DNA of 64,000 bases from Nitrospinota bacterium (GTDB lineage Bacteria > UBA8248). Location: assembly GCA_036231405.1 (NCBI GenBank), contig JAZAHK010000002.1, forward strand, positions 39,857-103,856, in the 5' to 3' direction. Each line of letters starts with the position of its first letter. Position 1 is the first letter of the stretch. The position numbers and the translations under genes are program-made. Shown here piece by piece: positions 1-9,824 of the stretch. Under the pieces are notes generated by a model. That model did not search any database. It saw nothing but the letters and a program-made list of their open reading frames with translations, and had not been told where the DNA came from.

Positions 1-342
1 TTGGGATATATGTATTCAGAATTAAATATTAAAATCAACATAGCTGAAGATTTGATTCTAAAAGCTCTGAAAAAGGAGCCAGATAATCCTGCATTTTTAG
101 ATAGTATTGGATGGGTTTATTTTAGACAAGGTAAGTATAAGGATGCTCTAGAAAAAGTTTTAGTTGCGTTTAAGAAACTTCCTAATGATCCGGTAGTTCT
201 TGAACATCTGGGAGACATTTATCTTGCCCTTCAAAAAAAGAAGAAAGCTTTGTATTTTTGGAAAAAATCCATTCAAAAAGGGTCAAGAGATTTGAAGAGG
301 ATTAGAAAAAAAATAAACTTTATTTTAAACATAAAGAAATAA
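1..342 (+). CDS. Tetratricopeptide-repeat protein, C-terminal part (5' truncated by window edge)
   Basis: TPR motifs ALKKEPDNPAFLDSIGWVYFRQGKY and PNDPVVLEHLGDIY; position upstream of lolB-like/ispE matches a conserved neighbourhood. Confidence 0.85.
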   Translation: MGYMYSELNIKINIAEDLILKALKKEPDNPAFLDSIGWVYFRQGKYKDALEKVLVAFKKLPNDPVVLEHLGDIYLALQKKKKALYFWKKSIQKGSRDLKRIRKKINFILNIKK

Positions 343-353
343 TTGAATAATAA

Positions 354-1199
354 TTGAAAATGAGAAAAATGCGCTTTCACAAAACTATATTTATTCCTTT
401 CCTTTTGATGTTGTTAAGTTCATGTAGCTTGCATACTTTTCCTGAAGGGGAAGTAGATTTTTTCCCTGATAAGGAAAAAATTTTACTGAAAATTAAATCA
501 GAGAAGTCAATACGGTCAATTCGAGCTTCAGTATCGTTTGAAATTTTCTTTCCTGGTACGAAAGATGGGAAAAGCATTTTACATGAGGAAATTGGATTTG
601 AAGAGGGTTCTTTCTCAGCAAATGCCTTTCTTGTATGGAAAAATCCAAATTCGTTTAGGATGGAAATACTAAGTCCTTTTGGCAATCCTTATCTTTCTAT
701 CCTTGCCCATAATAAGAGTCTAAAAATCTTTCATGTTTCAAAACAAAAATTATACATTGGTAATTTTAACAAAAAGACTATGGGAAATCTGTTTGGCATA
801 CCTATGGATCTTCATATTTTCCTTGAAATTTTAAGTGTTCTGAGGCCTAAATTAGGCTCGAAATTTTATAAATTTGATAGGAGAAAAGGTATTTTATTCC
901 CTCTTCGTAAAGAGCTAGAAAATTCTAAAACCTTTTGGATAGATAAATCTTTGTTAATGCCTAAAAAAGTCGAAGTTCTTTTAGTAGGACAAAAAATAGA
1001 TGTGCATTATGATTCTTTTGTAAAATTTAACGGGGTCTATTTTTCGAAATCTATTTTGATAAGGAATCCTAGTACTAAGGCGTATATGAAAATTGATATA
1101 GGAGAATTGAATAGTTCAGAGTTTGGTTCGATTCCCAGTAGTATATTTTCAATGGATATTCCTTCAAATATTTCCATTCATCGTCTGTTTATGGATTAG
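354..1199 (+). CDS. Outer-membrane lipoprotein, probable LolB/LolA-fold (DUF4292-like)
   Basis: Basic N-terminus, hydrophobic stretch and lipobox LLSS-C; PNSFRMEILSPFG beta-strand motif; sits between TPR gene and ispE. Start may be ATG 360 or 369. Confidence 0.6.
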   Translation: MKMRKMRFHKTIFIPFLLMLLSSCSLHTFPEGEVDFFPDKEKILLKIKSEKSIRSIRASVSFEIFFPGTKDGKSILHEEIGFEEGSFSANAFLVWKNPNSFRMEILSPFGNPYLSILAHNKSLKIFHVSKQKLYIGNFNKKTMGNLFGIPMDLHIFLEILSVLRPKLGSKFYKFDRRKGILFPLRKELENSKTFWIDKSLLMPKKVEVLLVGQKIDVHYDSFVKFNGVYFSKSILIRNPSTKAYMKIDIGELNSSEFGSIPSSIFSMDIPSNISIHRLFMD

Positions 1200-1214
1200 C
1201 AAGGAAAAAGAATA

Positions 1215-2084
1215 ATGTCTTTAATACGAATCTCCAGTCCAGCAAAAATAAATCTAGGATTGAAAATTTTAGGTTTGAGAAAGGACGGATTTCACGAAGT
1301 TCAAACTCATCTTCTACAGGTAGATTTGTTTGACAACCTAGTCATAAGTAAAATAAGGGGAAAGATAGATATTACCGTTAACAACCCTTTAATTAGAGGG
1401 AAGAAAAATATTGTTTATAAAGCTGCTAGCCTCCTCCGTGAAAAATATGGCGATACTCAATTAGGCGCAAGGATCCATTTAGAAAAAATAATTCCTGTTG
1501 GTGCCGGATTAGGAGGTGGTAGTGGTAATGCAGCGGTTGTGCTTTGGGTTTTGAATCAACTTTGGGGAATTAAGTATCCGATGAAAAAACTTGAAGAGTT
1601 AGCAAAAGAGTTGGGGGCCGATGTACCGTTCTTCTTAGGTGCCCCAAGTTCTGTGTTTACAGGAAGAGGGGATGAAAAATTATTTGCTTGTAAGTTTAGC
1701 CCAAGATATTATATTTTAATTGTTAAACCTCCAATTTCATTATCTACTAGTGATGTTTATAAGTGGTCTAGGGTTAAAGTGATAGAAAATGGCAACCAAA
1801 AAAATAAGAATTTCAAATTGAATAGAAGGTATGGTTTCAGGGAAAATGATTTGGAGGAAGTTGTTTTCCCTAGATTTCCTTCTTTGAAGAGGCATCGAAA
1901 TAATTTACTCAAATTTGGCGCAGAACTTGCACTTTTAAGTGGAAGTGGTTCGGCAATATTTGGCCTTTTTACTAAGAAATCAGATACAGTTAGAGCAGTT
2001 AATTTCTTTTCTAGAAAAAAAGAATTATGGGTTTCTGTTGCAAGACCTTTGCATAAAAGTATTTTGAAGGAAAAGAGATTTTAA
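1215..2084 (+). CDS. ispE: 4-diphosphocytidyl-2-C-methyl-D-erythritol kinase
   Basis: SPAKINLGL, GHMP motif IPVGAGLGGGSGNAA, LGADVPFF, LSGSGSA. Confidence 0.97.
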   Translation: MSLIRISSPAKINLGLKILGLRKDGFHEVQTHLLQVDLFDNLVISKIRGKIDITVNNPLIRGKKNIVYKAASLLREKYGDTQLGARIHLEKIIPVGAGLGGGSGNAAVVLWVLNQLWGIKYPMKKLEELAKELGADVPFFLGAPSSVFTGRGDEKLFACKFSPRYYILIVKPPISLSTSDVYKWSRVKVIENGNQKNKNFKLNRRYGFRENDLEEVVFPRFPSLKRHRNNLLKFGAELALLSGSGSAIFGLFTKKSDTVRAVNFFSRKKELWVSVARPLHKSILKEKRF

Positions 2085-2165
2085 ATTCTAACGAATTTCT
2101 ACTTTGGAATGTTTTTAAATATATGCGATAAAATATTAGGCTTTTCAGTTTTTAATAAACTGGAC

Positions 2166-2193
2166 TTGACAAATTTTGTGGATAGAGTAAGAA
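2166..2193 (+). promoter_or_regulatory. Possible sigma70 promoter for prs-rplY-pth
   Basis: Perfect TTGACA at 2166-2171 in the ispE-prs gap; -10 only weak (TAAGAA after 16 nt). Confidence 0.35.
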
Positions 2194-2234
2194 CTTCGGG
2201 TCTATCGTTGTACTTATGTGTAAAGGGTTAAGTT

Positions 2235-3179
2235 TTGGTGGATAGTCGGATAAAGGTTTTTTCAGGTAGGTCGAATTCACTCCTTTCTGATTGCATTTTC
2301 GAGTCCTTGGGGATCGAGAGGGGTGAGATTGATATTGTCGATTTTAGTGATGGAGAAACATCTGTCCAGATCCAAGAGAATGTGCGCGGTGCGGACGTTT
2401 TTGCGATACAAAGCCTGTGTTATCCTGGGAATGCTAATCTTATAGAAATGCTCATTATGTTAGACGCTTTCAGGAGATCTTCTGCAGAAAGAATTACCGC
2501 TGTTATTCCTTATTTTGCTTATGCGAGACAAGACAGAAAAGTTCAACCAAGAGTACCTATTACCGCTAAGTTGGTCGCTAACCTTTTGACTGCAGCAGGT
2601 GCAGATAGAGTGATCACTATTGATTTACATGCAGGGCAAATACAGGGCTTTTTTGATATTCCGGTAGACCATCTTTATGCAGCACCCGTGATGATTAATT
2701 ATTTTTCAGACAAAGATCTTCAGGACCCCGTGGTTGTTTCTCCCGATGCTGGCGGTGTGGAAAGGGCTAGGGCCTATGCGAAAAGGCTTAATGCAGGGCT
2801 CGGTATTGTAGATAAGCGTAGAGAAAGAGCAAATGAATCTGAAGTTATGAGAATCATAGGAGATGTTAAAGGCCGTGATGTTTTGATTGTGGACGATATT
2901 GTCGATACTGCTGGCACATTAACCCAGGCCGCAGATGCATTAGTTGTAGAAGGGGCTAATAGAGTTTACGCCTGTTGTACCCATCCTGTCCTCTCGGGCC
3001 CGGCATCTGATAGAATCAAAAATTCAGTCTTGGAAGAATTAGTCACAACAGATACTATCCCCCTTCCAGATGATTTGGTAGATTCTAAGAAAGTTAAGGT
3101 TCTAACAATAGGAGTACTTCTTGCAGAAGCGATTACTCGTATTCACGAAGATTCATCTGTGAGTAGTCTTTTTATTTAA
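2235..3179 (+). CDS. prs: Ribose-phosphate pyrophosphokinase
   Basis: FSDGE, YARQDRK, DLHAGQIQGFF, VSPDAGG, IVDDIVDTAGT motifs. Confidence 0.98.
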   Translation: MVDSRIKVFSGRSNSLLSDCIFESLGIERGEIDIVDFSDGETSVQIQENVRGADVFAIQSLCYPGNANLIEMLIMLDAFRRSSAERITAVIPYFAYARQDRKVQPRVPITAKLVANLLTAAGADRVITIDLHAGQIQGFFDIPVDHLYAAPVMINYFSDKDLQDPVVVSPDAGGVERARAYAKRLNAGLGIVDKRRERANESEVMRIIGDVKGRDVLIVDDIVDTAGTLTQAADALVVEGANRVYACCTHPVLSGPASDRIKNSVLEELVTTDTIPLPDDLVDSKKVKVLTIGVLLAEAITRIHEDSSVSSLFI

Positions 3180-3215
3180 AACAAGATTCTATCTTCTTTA
3201 ATCGGAGTAAGACGT

Positions 3216-3911
3216 ATGGAAGAGTTGGTGCTTGAAGCAGAGGTAAGAGAAGGAAAAGGAAAGAGTTATGCTAGAAAATTGAGAAGAGAGGGTCTTATCC
3301 CAGCAGTTGTTTATGGGGTTGATGAAGCAATTTCTCTTCAATTGAATCCTGAAGAACTACATTCCCTTTTAAATACTAAGGCTGGAAGTAACATTGTATT
3401 TAAACTTAGGGTTTCTGGAGAGAAGAAGAAAGAAAGGTCCGTTATTGTAAAAGATTTGAATTATAATGTAATGAACGATTCTTTTATTCACGTGGATTTG
3501 CTTGAGATTCGAATGGATCAGAAAATTACTGTCTCTATCCCTCTTCTCTTAGAAGGTGAAGCAATAGGAATCAAAATGGGGGGTGTTGTATCTCAGGTAC
3601 TGAGAGAACTTGATGTTGAATGTTTTCCTATTGATATCCCAGAGCAAATTTTATTGGATATTTCTGAAGTAGATATTGGAGGAGTGTTGCATGTAAGAGA
3701 TGTAGAAATACCTGAAAATGTATCGCTCATCAATGATGTTGATGATCCCGTTATGTCTATCTCAGTTCCTGCTGAAGAAGAGGAAGAAGAGGAAGAAGAA
3801 ATTGAAGGAGATGAGGAAACAACTGATGATGAATCTTCTGAAGAGCAAGAGGATACTGAAGGGGAGGAAGCAGAATCAGACGATTCAGAGAAAAAAGAAA
3901 ACGAAGACTGA
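3216..3911 (+). CDS. rplY: 50S ribosomal protein L25/Ctc with long acidic C-terminal tail
   Basis: RKLRREGLIPAVVYG, HVDLLE; follows prs; Glu/Asp-rich tail. Confidence 0.96.
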   Translation: MEELVLEAEVREGKGKSYARKLRREGLIPAVVYGVDEAISLQLNPEELHSLLNTKAGSNIVFKLRVSGEKKKERSVIVKDLNYNVMNDSFIHVDLLEIRMDQKITVSIPLLLEGEAIGIKMGGVVSQVLRELDVECFPIDIPEQILLDISEVDIGGVLHVRDVEIPENVSLINDVDDPVMSISVPAEEEEEEEEEIEGDEETTDDESSEEQEDTEGEEAESDDSEKKENED

Positions 3912-3929
3912 TTTTCTTAAGGTTGAGGT

Positions 3930-4463
3930 ATGCACTCCAAAAAAGTGATAGTAGGTTTAGGTAACCCGGGACGGGGTTATAATAAGACCCGCCATAATGT
4001 TGGGTTTAGAGCTCTGGATTATTTTTGTGATAAATATGATATTGAAATTGACCTTTCCGACGATGATGTTGATTTTGGTGTAGGGTCATTCGAGGAAAGA
4101 GAAGTTTTTGTATTGAAACCTAGGAGTTATATGAACTTAAGTGGTTCCTGTGTTAAAAGTTTTATTAAGAGACGCAATATTAAACCCTTTGACCTTCTTA
4201 TTTTGCACGATGATTTAGATGTGAAATTAGGCTCGATTAGCTATAAATCTACAGGTGGCGATGCAGGTCACAAGGGCATTCGTGACATAATTGAGAAACT
4301 AGGGACTTCAGATTTTTCTAGAATTAGGATTGGTATAGGGAGGCCAGATACTCATATAGACGTTTCCGATTGGGTATTAAAACGTTTTGCCCCAAACGAA
4401 TTGAGCATAATAGATGATATTTTGGAAGAGGTGTCTTTGAAAGCTTTTGATTTTGTTTCGTAG
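3930..4463 (+). CDS. pth: Peptidyl-tRNA hydrolase
   Basis: IVGLGNPG, TRHNVGF, YMNLSG, HDDLD, RIRIGIGRP. Confidence 0.96.
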   Translation: MHSKKVIVGLGNPGRGYNKTRHNVGFRALDYFCDKYDIEIDLSDDDVDFGVGSFEEREVFVLKPRSYMNLSGSCVKSFIKRRNIKPFDLLILHDDLDVKLGSISYKSTGGDAGHKGIRDIIEKLGTSDFSRIRIGIGRPDTHIDVSDWVLKRFAPNELSIIDDILEEVSLKAFDFVS

Positions 4464-4529
4464 TTTTTTAATTAAATTTAATAGCCCAATTTTTTTCGAT
4501 TTTTGTAACCAGGAGGGTCAGAATAGTCG

Positions 4530-6521
4530 ATGATTGCTTTTTCTAATTTAGCAGCTTTTTTTGGAATTGCTGGTTTGTTGCTTGCAGGGATTATTTATTT
4601 ATGGATAGACAAACAATCTCCAGGGAATGAACTGATGGTCAAACTAGCAGGTCAGATTCGTGAAGGTGCAATGGTTTTTTTGAAAAGGGAATATAAAATT
4701 TTAGCTCTTTTTGTTTTAGTTGTTTTTTTAATTTTGAGTTATGCGATTAGCTTCGATACTGGTTTGTCATTTATTACTGGTGCCGTCTGTTCTGTTTTAG
4801 CTGGCTTTTTTGGAATGAATGCAGCAACAAAGGCAAATGTCAGAACAGCTGCTGCAGCCAATTCTGGTGGCGGACAATCTGGTGCTCTTTCAATGGCTTT
4901 TTACGGTGGGACTGTTATGGGTCTATCTGTGGCAAGTCTTGGTTTATTGGGTGTTGGTTTCCTTTTTTGGTATTTCGACGTTTTGAATGCACGAGACAAT
5001 GCAAGTATTATCAATGGTTTTTCGATGGGAGCAAGTTCTATTGCTCTTTTCGCTCGTGTTGGTGGCGGAATTTATACAAAAACTGCTGATGTAGGTGCAG
5101 ATTTAGTTGGAAAAGTTGAGGCAAATATCCCAGAAGATGATCCTAGAAATCCTGCTGTTATTGCAGACAATGTTGGCGACTGTGTAGGTGATGTAGCTGG
5201 AATGGGAGCTGATCTTTTCGAGTCCTATGTTGGGGCCATCATCTCTACAATTTTTATAGGCTCGATGATAGGAATGGGTGTTAATACATCTGCAGCTATG
5301 GCTCTACCTTTACTTCTTGCCATGATTGGTCTTGTTGCATCAGTAATTGGGATTGGTTCTATGAAATTACTTTCAGGTGGAAACCCTGCGACAGCACTGC
5401 GAAGTTCTACTTTTTTAGCGGCTTTAATTTTTGTAATTCTTTCTTATTTTTTAACAAATACAATGGGTCTGCCAATTTCTATTTTTGCTTCTATACTCAT
5501 TGGAACATTAGGTGGAATCGCGATTGGTTTGTTAACTGAATATTATACAGGAACTGGTGGCAAGCCTGTTGGTCGGATAGTGGATGCTTCGGAAACTGGA
5601 GTAGCAACCAATATTATTAGTGGTTTTGCTGTTGGTTTAGAGAGTGTTTGTGCTCCTTTGGTTGTTTTGGCTGTGATTACATTAATTTCAAATCAACTTG
5701 CAGATCTCTATGGTATATCGGTTGCTGCTGTTGGTATGCTTGCAACTATTGGAATTACAATGTCAGTGGATGCATATGGTCCAATTGCTGATAATGCTGG
5801 CGGAATAACAGAGATGAGTCAGCTAGGTCCTGAAACTAGAGAAATTACCGATGGTTTAGATGCTCTAGGTAATACCACTGCAGCTATTGGAAAAGGATTT
5901 GCTATCGGGTCTGCAGCTCTAACTGCGTTGGCTTTTTTTGCTGCTTACACAAAAGCGGCTGGAGTTAAATCTATAGATTTGCAGGATGCGAATGTAGTCG
6001 CAGGATTATTGATTGGCGGTGCCGTCCCTTTCATTATTGGTTCTTTGACCATGAATTCTGTAGGGAAGGCTGCTTTTATAATGATTCAAGAAATAAGAAG
6101 ACAGTTTCAAGAAGATAAAGGAATCATGGAAGGTACTTCTGAACCTGACAGTAGTAGATGTATTGATATTAGTACTCAGGCGGCACTAAAAGAAATGGTT
6201 ATTCCTGGAGTGACGGCTGTAGTTGTTCCGATAATAGTTGGTTTTTCTATGGGGAAAGAAGCTTTGGGGGGTATGCTAGCAGGGGCCTTGTTATCTGGCG
6301 TGCTATTAGCATTGCTTATGGCTAATGCCGGCGGTGCATGGGATAACGCCAAAAAAGAAATAGAGGATGGCAAACTCGGTGGTAAAGGTTCGGAGGCTCA
6401 CAAAGCTGCTGTTGTTGGTGATACAGTAGGAGACCCAATGAAGGATACTTCAGGTCCTTCTATGAATATTTTGATTAAACTTATGTCTATAGTTTCTCTT
6501 GTTTTAGCACCTTTGTTTTAA
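4530..6521 (+). CDS. hppA: Membrane-bound ion-translocating pyrophosphatase, K+-dependent, probably Na+-pumping
   Basis: [20 protein letters not shown], EDDPRNP, DNVGDx[14 protein letters not shown] (Ala = K+-dependent), DLFESY (Na+-PPase-type gate), many TM helices; AGGAGG RBS. Confidence 0.96.
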   Translation: MIAFSNLAAFFGIAGLLLAGIIYLWIDKQSPGNELMVKLAGQIREGAMVFLKREYKILALFVLVVFLILSYAISFDTGLSFITGAVCSVLAGFFGMNAATKANVRTAAAANSGGGQSGALSMAFYGGTVMGLSVASLGLLGVGFLFWYFDVLNARDNASIINGFSMGASSIALFARVGGGIYTKTADVGADLVGKVEANIPEDDPRNPAVIADNVGDCVGDVAGMGADLFESYVGAIISTIFIGSMIGMGVNTSAAMALPLLLAMIGLVASVIGIGSMKLLSGGNPATALRSSTFLAALIFVILSYFLTNTMGLPISIFASILIGTLGGIAIGLLTEYYTGTGGKPVGRIVDASETGVATNIISGFAVGLESVCAPLVVLAVITLISNQLADLYGISVAAVGMLATIGITMSVDAYGPIADNAGGITEMSQLGPETREITDGLDALGNTTAAIGKGFAIGSAALTALAFFAAYTKAAGVKSIDLQDANVVAGLLIGGAVPFIIGSLTMNSVGKAAFIMIQEIRRQFQEDKGIMEGTSEPDSSRCIDISTQAALKEMVIPGVTAVVVPIIVGFSMGKEALGGMLAGALLSGVLLALLMANAGGAWDNAKKEIEDGKLGGKGSEAHKAAVVGDTVGDPMKDTSGPSMNILIKLMSIVSLVLAPLF

Positions 6522-6582
6522 TTTTTTATTGTTGTAATATTAATTTTTCTTTTTTATTTTTGTAAGTTTGGAGATTTTATAA

Positions 6583-6936
6583 ATGCGCCAGTATGAAACG
6601 ATGGTACTTCTTTCTCCTGAATTAGATGAGGATGCAGTAGAGAAGAAAATTCAGGATGTTGAGAACCATTTTAAAAAAAATGGTTCTGAAATTATTTCAA
6701 TAGATCGTCTTGGGAAAAAACGTCTGGCTTATCCAATCAATAAGCAAAGACATGGAACTTATTTTGTAATATCTTATAAGGCAGAAAAAGGGGTTGTCTC
6801 TGAGTTGGAGCAAGGCTTGAGATTGGATGAAGATACTTTTAGATATATGACAACCCGAATTGAGCAATCAGTCCTAAGGAAAATTCAGAAGACGGTTGAC
6901 CATCAGGCATCTCAAACGGTTACGGATGAAAGTTAA
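6583..6936 (+). CDS. rpsF: 30S ribosomal protein S6
   Basis: MRQYETMVLL, GKKRLAYPI; rpsF-ssb-rpsR order. Confidence 0.96.
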   Translation: MRQYETMVLLSPELDEDAVEKKIQDVENHFKKNGSEIISIDRLGKKRLAYPINKQRHGTYFVISYKAEKGVVSELEQGLRLDEDTFRYMTTRIEQSVLRKIQKTVDHQASQTVTDES

Positions 6937-6974
6937 TTTCTCCTGTTCGATAATGGTAATTGAGGAGGTTTCCG

Positions 6975-7397
6975 ATGTCTTTAAATAGTGTTTTTTTAAG
7001 AGGCAACTTGACCCGTGATCCTGAAAAGCGTTTCTTGCCATCGGGTACTGCTGTTGTAAATTTTGGCCTGGCAGTTAACAGAAAATATAAAAGTGGTGAC
7101 GATTGGAAAGAGGACACCTGTTTTGTAGATATTGTTGTTTTTGGAAAACAAGGAGAATGGGCAGAAGAGCAGCTAGCAAAAGGCAGTCCAGTGCTTATAG
7201 AAGGAAGACTCTCTTTTAATTCTTGGGAAACGAAGGAAGGGGATAGGAGAAGTAAGCACGAAGTAGTTGCTTATAATGTTCATTTTATAAAACCTAGAGA
7301 CTCTGCTACTAGTGGACAGGTAGGTTCTCAATCTGTTAGTTTCACTGATGATACGTTCGATGCTTCGACTATTAAAGACGATGACATACCTTTTTAG
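6975..7397 (+). CDS. ssb: Single-stranded DNA-binding protein
   Basis: NSVFLRGNLTRDPE OB fold, C-terminal DDDIPF; start moved to ATG 6975 after GAGGAGG RBS. Confidence 0.97.
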   Translation: MSLNSVFLRGNLTRDPEKRFLPSGTAVVNFGLAVNRKYKSGDDWKEDTCFVDIVVFGKQGEWAEEQLAKGSPVLIEGRLSFNSWETKEGDRRSKHEVVAYNVHFIKPRDSATSGQVGSQSVSFTDDTFDASTIKDDDIPF

Positions 7398-7421
7398 ATG
7401 TTTTTTACTTAGGAGCGCTTT

Positions 7422-7691
7422 ATGCCTATAGTTCCACGTGGATATTCTGATAATAGAAGAAAAAAAAGGAAGCGTTTCCAGAGACAGAAGATCTGTCGTT
7501 TTACAACTGAAGGCATCTTTTATATAGATTATAAAGATGTGAAAATGTTGAAAAATATGGTTAGTGAACGTGGGAAAATTATTCCCAGGAGAGTAACTGG
7601 AACTAATGCATTTTATCAAAGACAGTTAACTACTGCTGTTAAGAGAGCGCGCTATATGGCTTTAATGCCGTATACTATAGATCTCTCTTAA
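7422..7691 (+). CDS. rpsR: 30S ribosomal protein S18
   Basis: [31 protein letters not shown]. Confidence 0.97.
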   Translation: MPIVPRGYSDNRRKKRKRFQRQKICRFTTEGIFYIDYKDVKMLKNMVSERGKIIPRRVTGTNAFYQRQLTTAVKRARYMALMPYTIDLS

Positions 7692-7709
7692 GAAAAAGAG
7701 GATATAGTC

Positions 7710-8270
7710 TTGCGTCTGATTTTAAGAAAAGATATTGAACAATTAGGGGAAGCAGGGGATGTAGTTGATGTTTCTGACGGTTATGGAATGAACTACCTCC
7801 TTCCTAATGGGTTAGCGTTACACGCTACTATTGGCAACGTCAAAACAAGTCAGCATGAGAAACTACTCAGAGATGCACAGGTTCAAGTCGCAAAGAGAAC
7901 TGCCGAAGATAGTGCTTCTAAATTCAACGAACTCAAGCTTGAATTTCGTTTAAAAGCTGGTCCTGATGGACGCTTATTTGGTTCTTTGACAAATCGTATG
8001 ATTGAAGAGGGACTTGCAAAATTGGGTATTGAAATCGATAGAAAAAAAATTATTTTAGATGAACCAATTAAGAAAGTTGGGGTTTTCGAAGTCCCGATTC
8101 GTTTGCATGAGGATGTTAGACCTACAGTAAGTATCAATATCCTTCAGGAGGAAGTAGAGGAATCGACAGAAGGGGAAAATTCTGAGATTTCTGAATCAGA
8201 AGTTGCTGAACCAACTGAGACAGACCAAATCCCTCTTGAATCAACAAAAGTTGAATCCGATATAGAATAA
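7710..8270 (+). CDS. rplI: 50S ribosomal protein L9 with acidic tail
   Basis: LGEAGDVVDVSDGYGMNYLLP, GRLFGS; TTG start after GAGG. Confidence 0.96.
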   Translation: MRLILRKDIEQLGEAGDVVDVSDGYGMNYLLPNGLALHATIGNVKTSQHEKLLRDAQVQVAKRTAEDSASKFNELKLEFRLKAGPDGRLFGSLTNRMIEEGLAKLGIEIDRKKIILDEPIKKVGVFEVPIRLHEDVRPTVSINILQEEVEESTEGENSEISESEVAEPTETDQIPLESTKVESDIE

Positions 8271-8390
8271 TTTTTAATTCTATTGTCCTAGAAAAATAAT
8301 TGTAATTTTTATCTATAGTGATGTACAGGATAATTGTAAGCAACGTATTTATATTCTTATTTTTGTCATTTCTGGAAATGGGGGTCTTTT

Positions 8391-9812
8391 TTGAGAACAA
8401 CTCCCTCAAGCGGTAACAATAAGTCAAATTCCGATTACCTTCCTCCACAGAATATAGAAGCTGAACAAAGTGTACTTGGTGCTATGCTTCTCGATAATGG
8501 TATCGTTTCCTCTGTTCTAGAAGTAGTTCGTTCTAACCACTTTTATAGAGTTAGTCATAGAGCTATTTTTAATGCCATTGTTTCTCTTTTTGAAAAACAG
8601 GAGCCAATTGATCTAATTACTTTGGCAGATACCCTTAAAAAACAAGGAACTTTAGATGATGCAGGTGGTCTAGAGTATATTTCACGCTTGTCAGATGATG
8701 TTTCTAGCCCTAGAAGGGCAATTTCTCATGCTAAATTAGTTAGGACAACGTTTTTGCTCAGGAATTTGGTGACAACTTCAAATGAGATTGCCGAAAGAGC
8801 CTATCTAGGAGAAGAAGATACAGACAAGCTGATTGATGATGCAGAGAGAGCGATGTTGGAAGTTTCGTCCGGAAGATTTCAAAAAAGTATTGCCTCAATG
8901 GAAGAAGTAATTAAGGTTACTTTTCCCTACCTCGAAGACCTCTATGATAAGAAGAAGCATATAACAGGTATTCCTAGTGGCTTTAGTGAATTCGATAGAC
9001 TTACCTCGGGTTTGCAGCCCTCTGAATTTATAGTTATTGCAGGTAGACCTAGTATGGGAAAGACTGCATTTGCTTTGAATCTAGCTGAGCATGCTGCACT
9101 AGAGGCTAAAGTACCCACAGCCATTTTTAGCTTAGAAATGAGTGCGAGATCACTAGCAGTTAGAATGCTTTGTGCTCGTTCTATGGTAAATGCAAGGAGT
9201 CTCCAAAGTGGCTTTATGCCTTCAAATAAGTGGCCCATTCTAATTCAATCTGCAGGAGAATTTAAAGAATCTCCTATTTTCATAGACGATGCGACTGATC
9301 TTTCTGTTTTCGATATAAGAGCGAAGTGCAGAAGATTAAAACATGAATCTGGATTAGGTTTAGTGATTGTAGATTACCTCCAATTGTTATCCCATAGAGG
9401 ATCAAATGTAGAGAATCGACAGAGAGAAATTAGTGAGATTTCAAGGGGATTGAAAGGACTAGCTAAAGAATTAGATGTGCCTGTAGTAGCCCTTAGTCAA
9501 CTTTCTAGAGCCGTAGAATCAAGAGAAGGAAAGAAACCTAATCTGTCTGATCTGCGTGAATCCGGATCTATAGAACAAGATGCTGACGTTGTTGCTCTTT
9601 TATATCGTGAGGAATATTATGAGCCCACTCCTGAAAATAAAGGTGTGGCGACTGTTATTCTTGCAAAACAAAGGAATGGCCCTACAGGTGATTTGGAAAT
9701 CAAATTTTTTGATGAGTACGCTCGTTTCTCTAATCTTGACAATTTTCATCGTGAGGGGACAACCTCATTTGCCCAGTCAAGCGGCGATGATTTTAAAGCC
9801 GAACAATTTTGA
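8391..9812 (+). CDS. dnaB: Replicative DNA helicase
   Basis: PPQNIEAEQSVLG, Walker A GRPSMGKT, VDYLQL, LSQLSR, DLRESGSIEQDAD, KQRNGPTG; no intein. Confidence 0.98.
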   Translation: MRTTPSSGNNKSNSDYLPPQNIEAEQSVLGAMLLDNGIVSSVLEVVRSNHFYRVSHRAIFNAIVSLFEKQEPIDLITLADTLKKQGTLDDAGGLEYISRLSDDVSSPRRAISHAKLVRTTFLLRNLVTTSNEIAERAYLGEEDTDKLIDDAERAMLEVSSGRFQKSIASMEEVIKVTFPYLEDLYDKKKHITGIPSGFSEFDRLTSGLQPSEFIVIAGRPSMGKTAFALNLAEHAALEAKVPTAIFSLEMSARSLAVRMLCARSMVNARSLQSGFMPSNKWPILIQSAGEFKESPIFIDDATDLSVFDIRAKCRRLKHESGLGLVIVDYLQLLSHRGSNVENRQREISEISRGLKGLAKELDVPVVALSQLSRAVESREGKKPNLSDLRESGSIEQDADVVALLYREEYYEPTPENKGVATVILAKQRNGPTGDLEIKFFDEYARFSNLDNFHREGTTSFAQSSGDDFKAEQF

Positions 9813-9824
9813 TTAATTGCGGAG

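Noticed and set aside
6522-6582. S6:S18-binding rpsF leader RNA or terminator
   Set aside because: Almost pure A/T with no CC-containing motif or stable stem.
7173-7619. 148-aa antisense ORF, plus the many other 60-160 aa antisense/alternate-frame ORFs in the track (e.g. 21187..21660, 21675..22157, 36770..37153, 38968..39330, 53296..53574)
   Set aside because: They lie over well-conserved genes, have the Ser/Ile/Phe/Pro-rich composition typical of shadow frames, and show no motifs.
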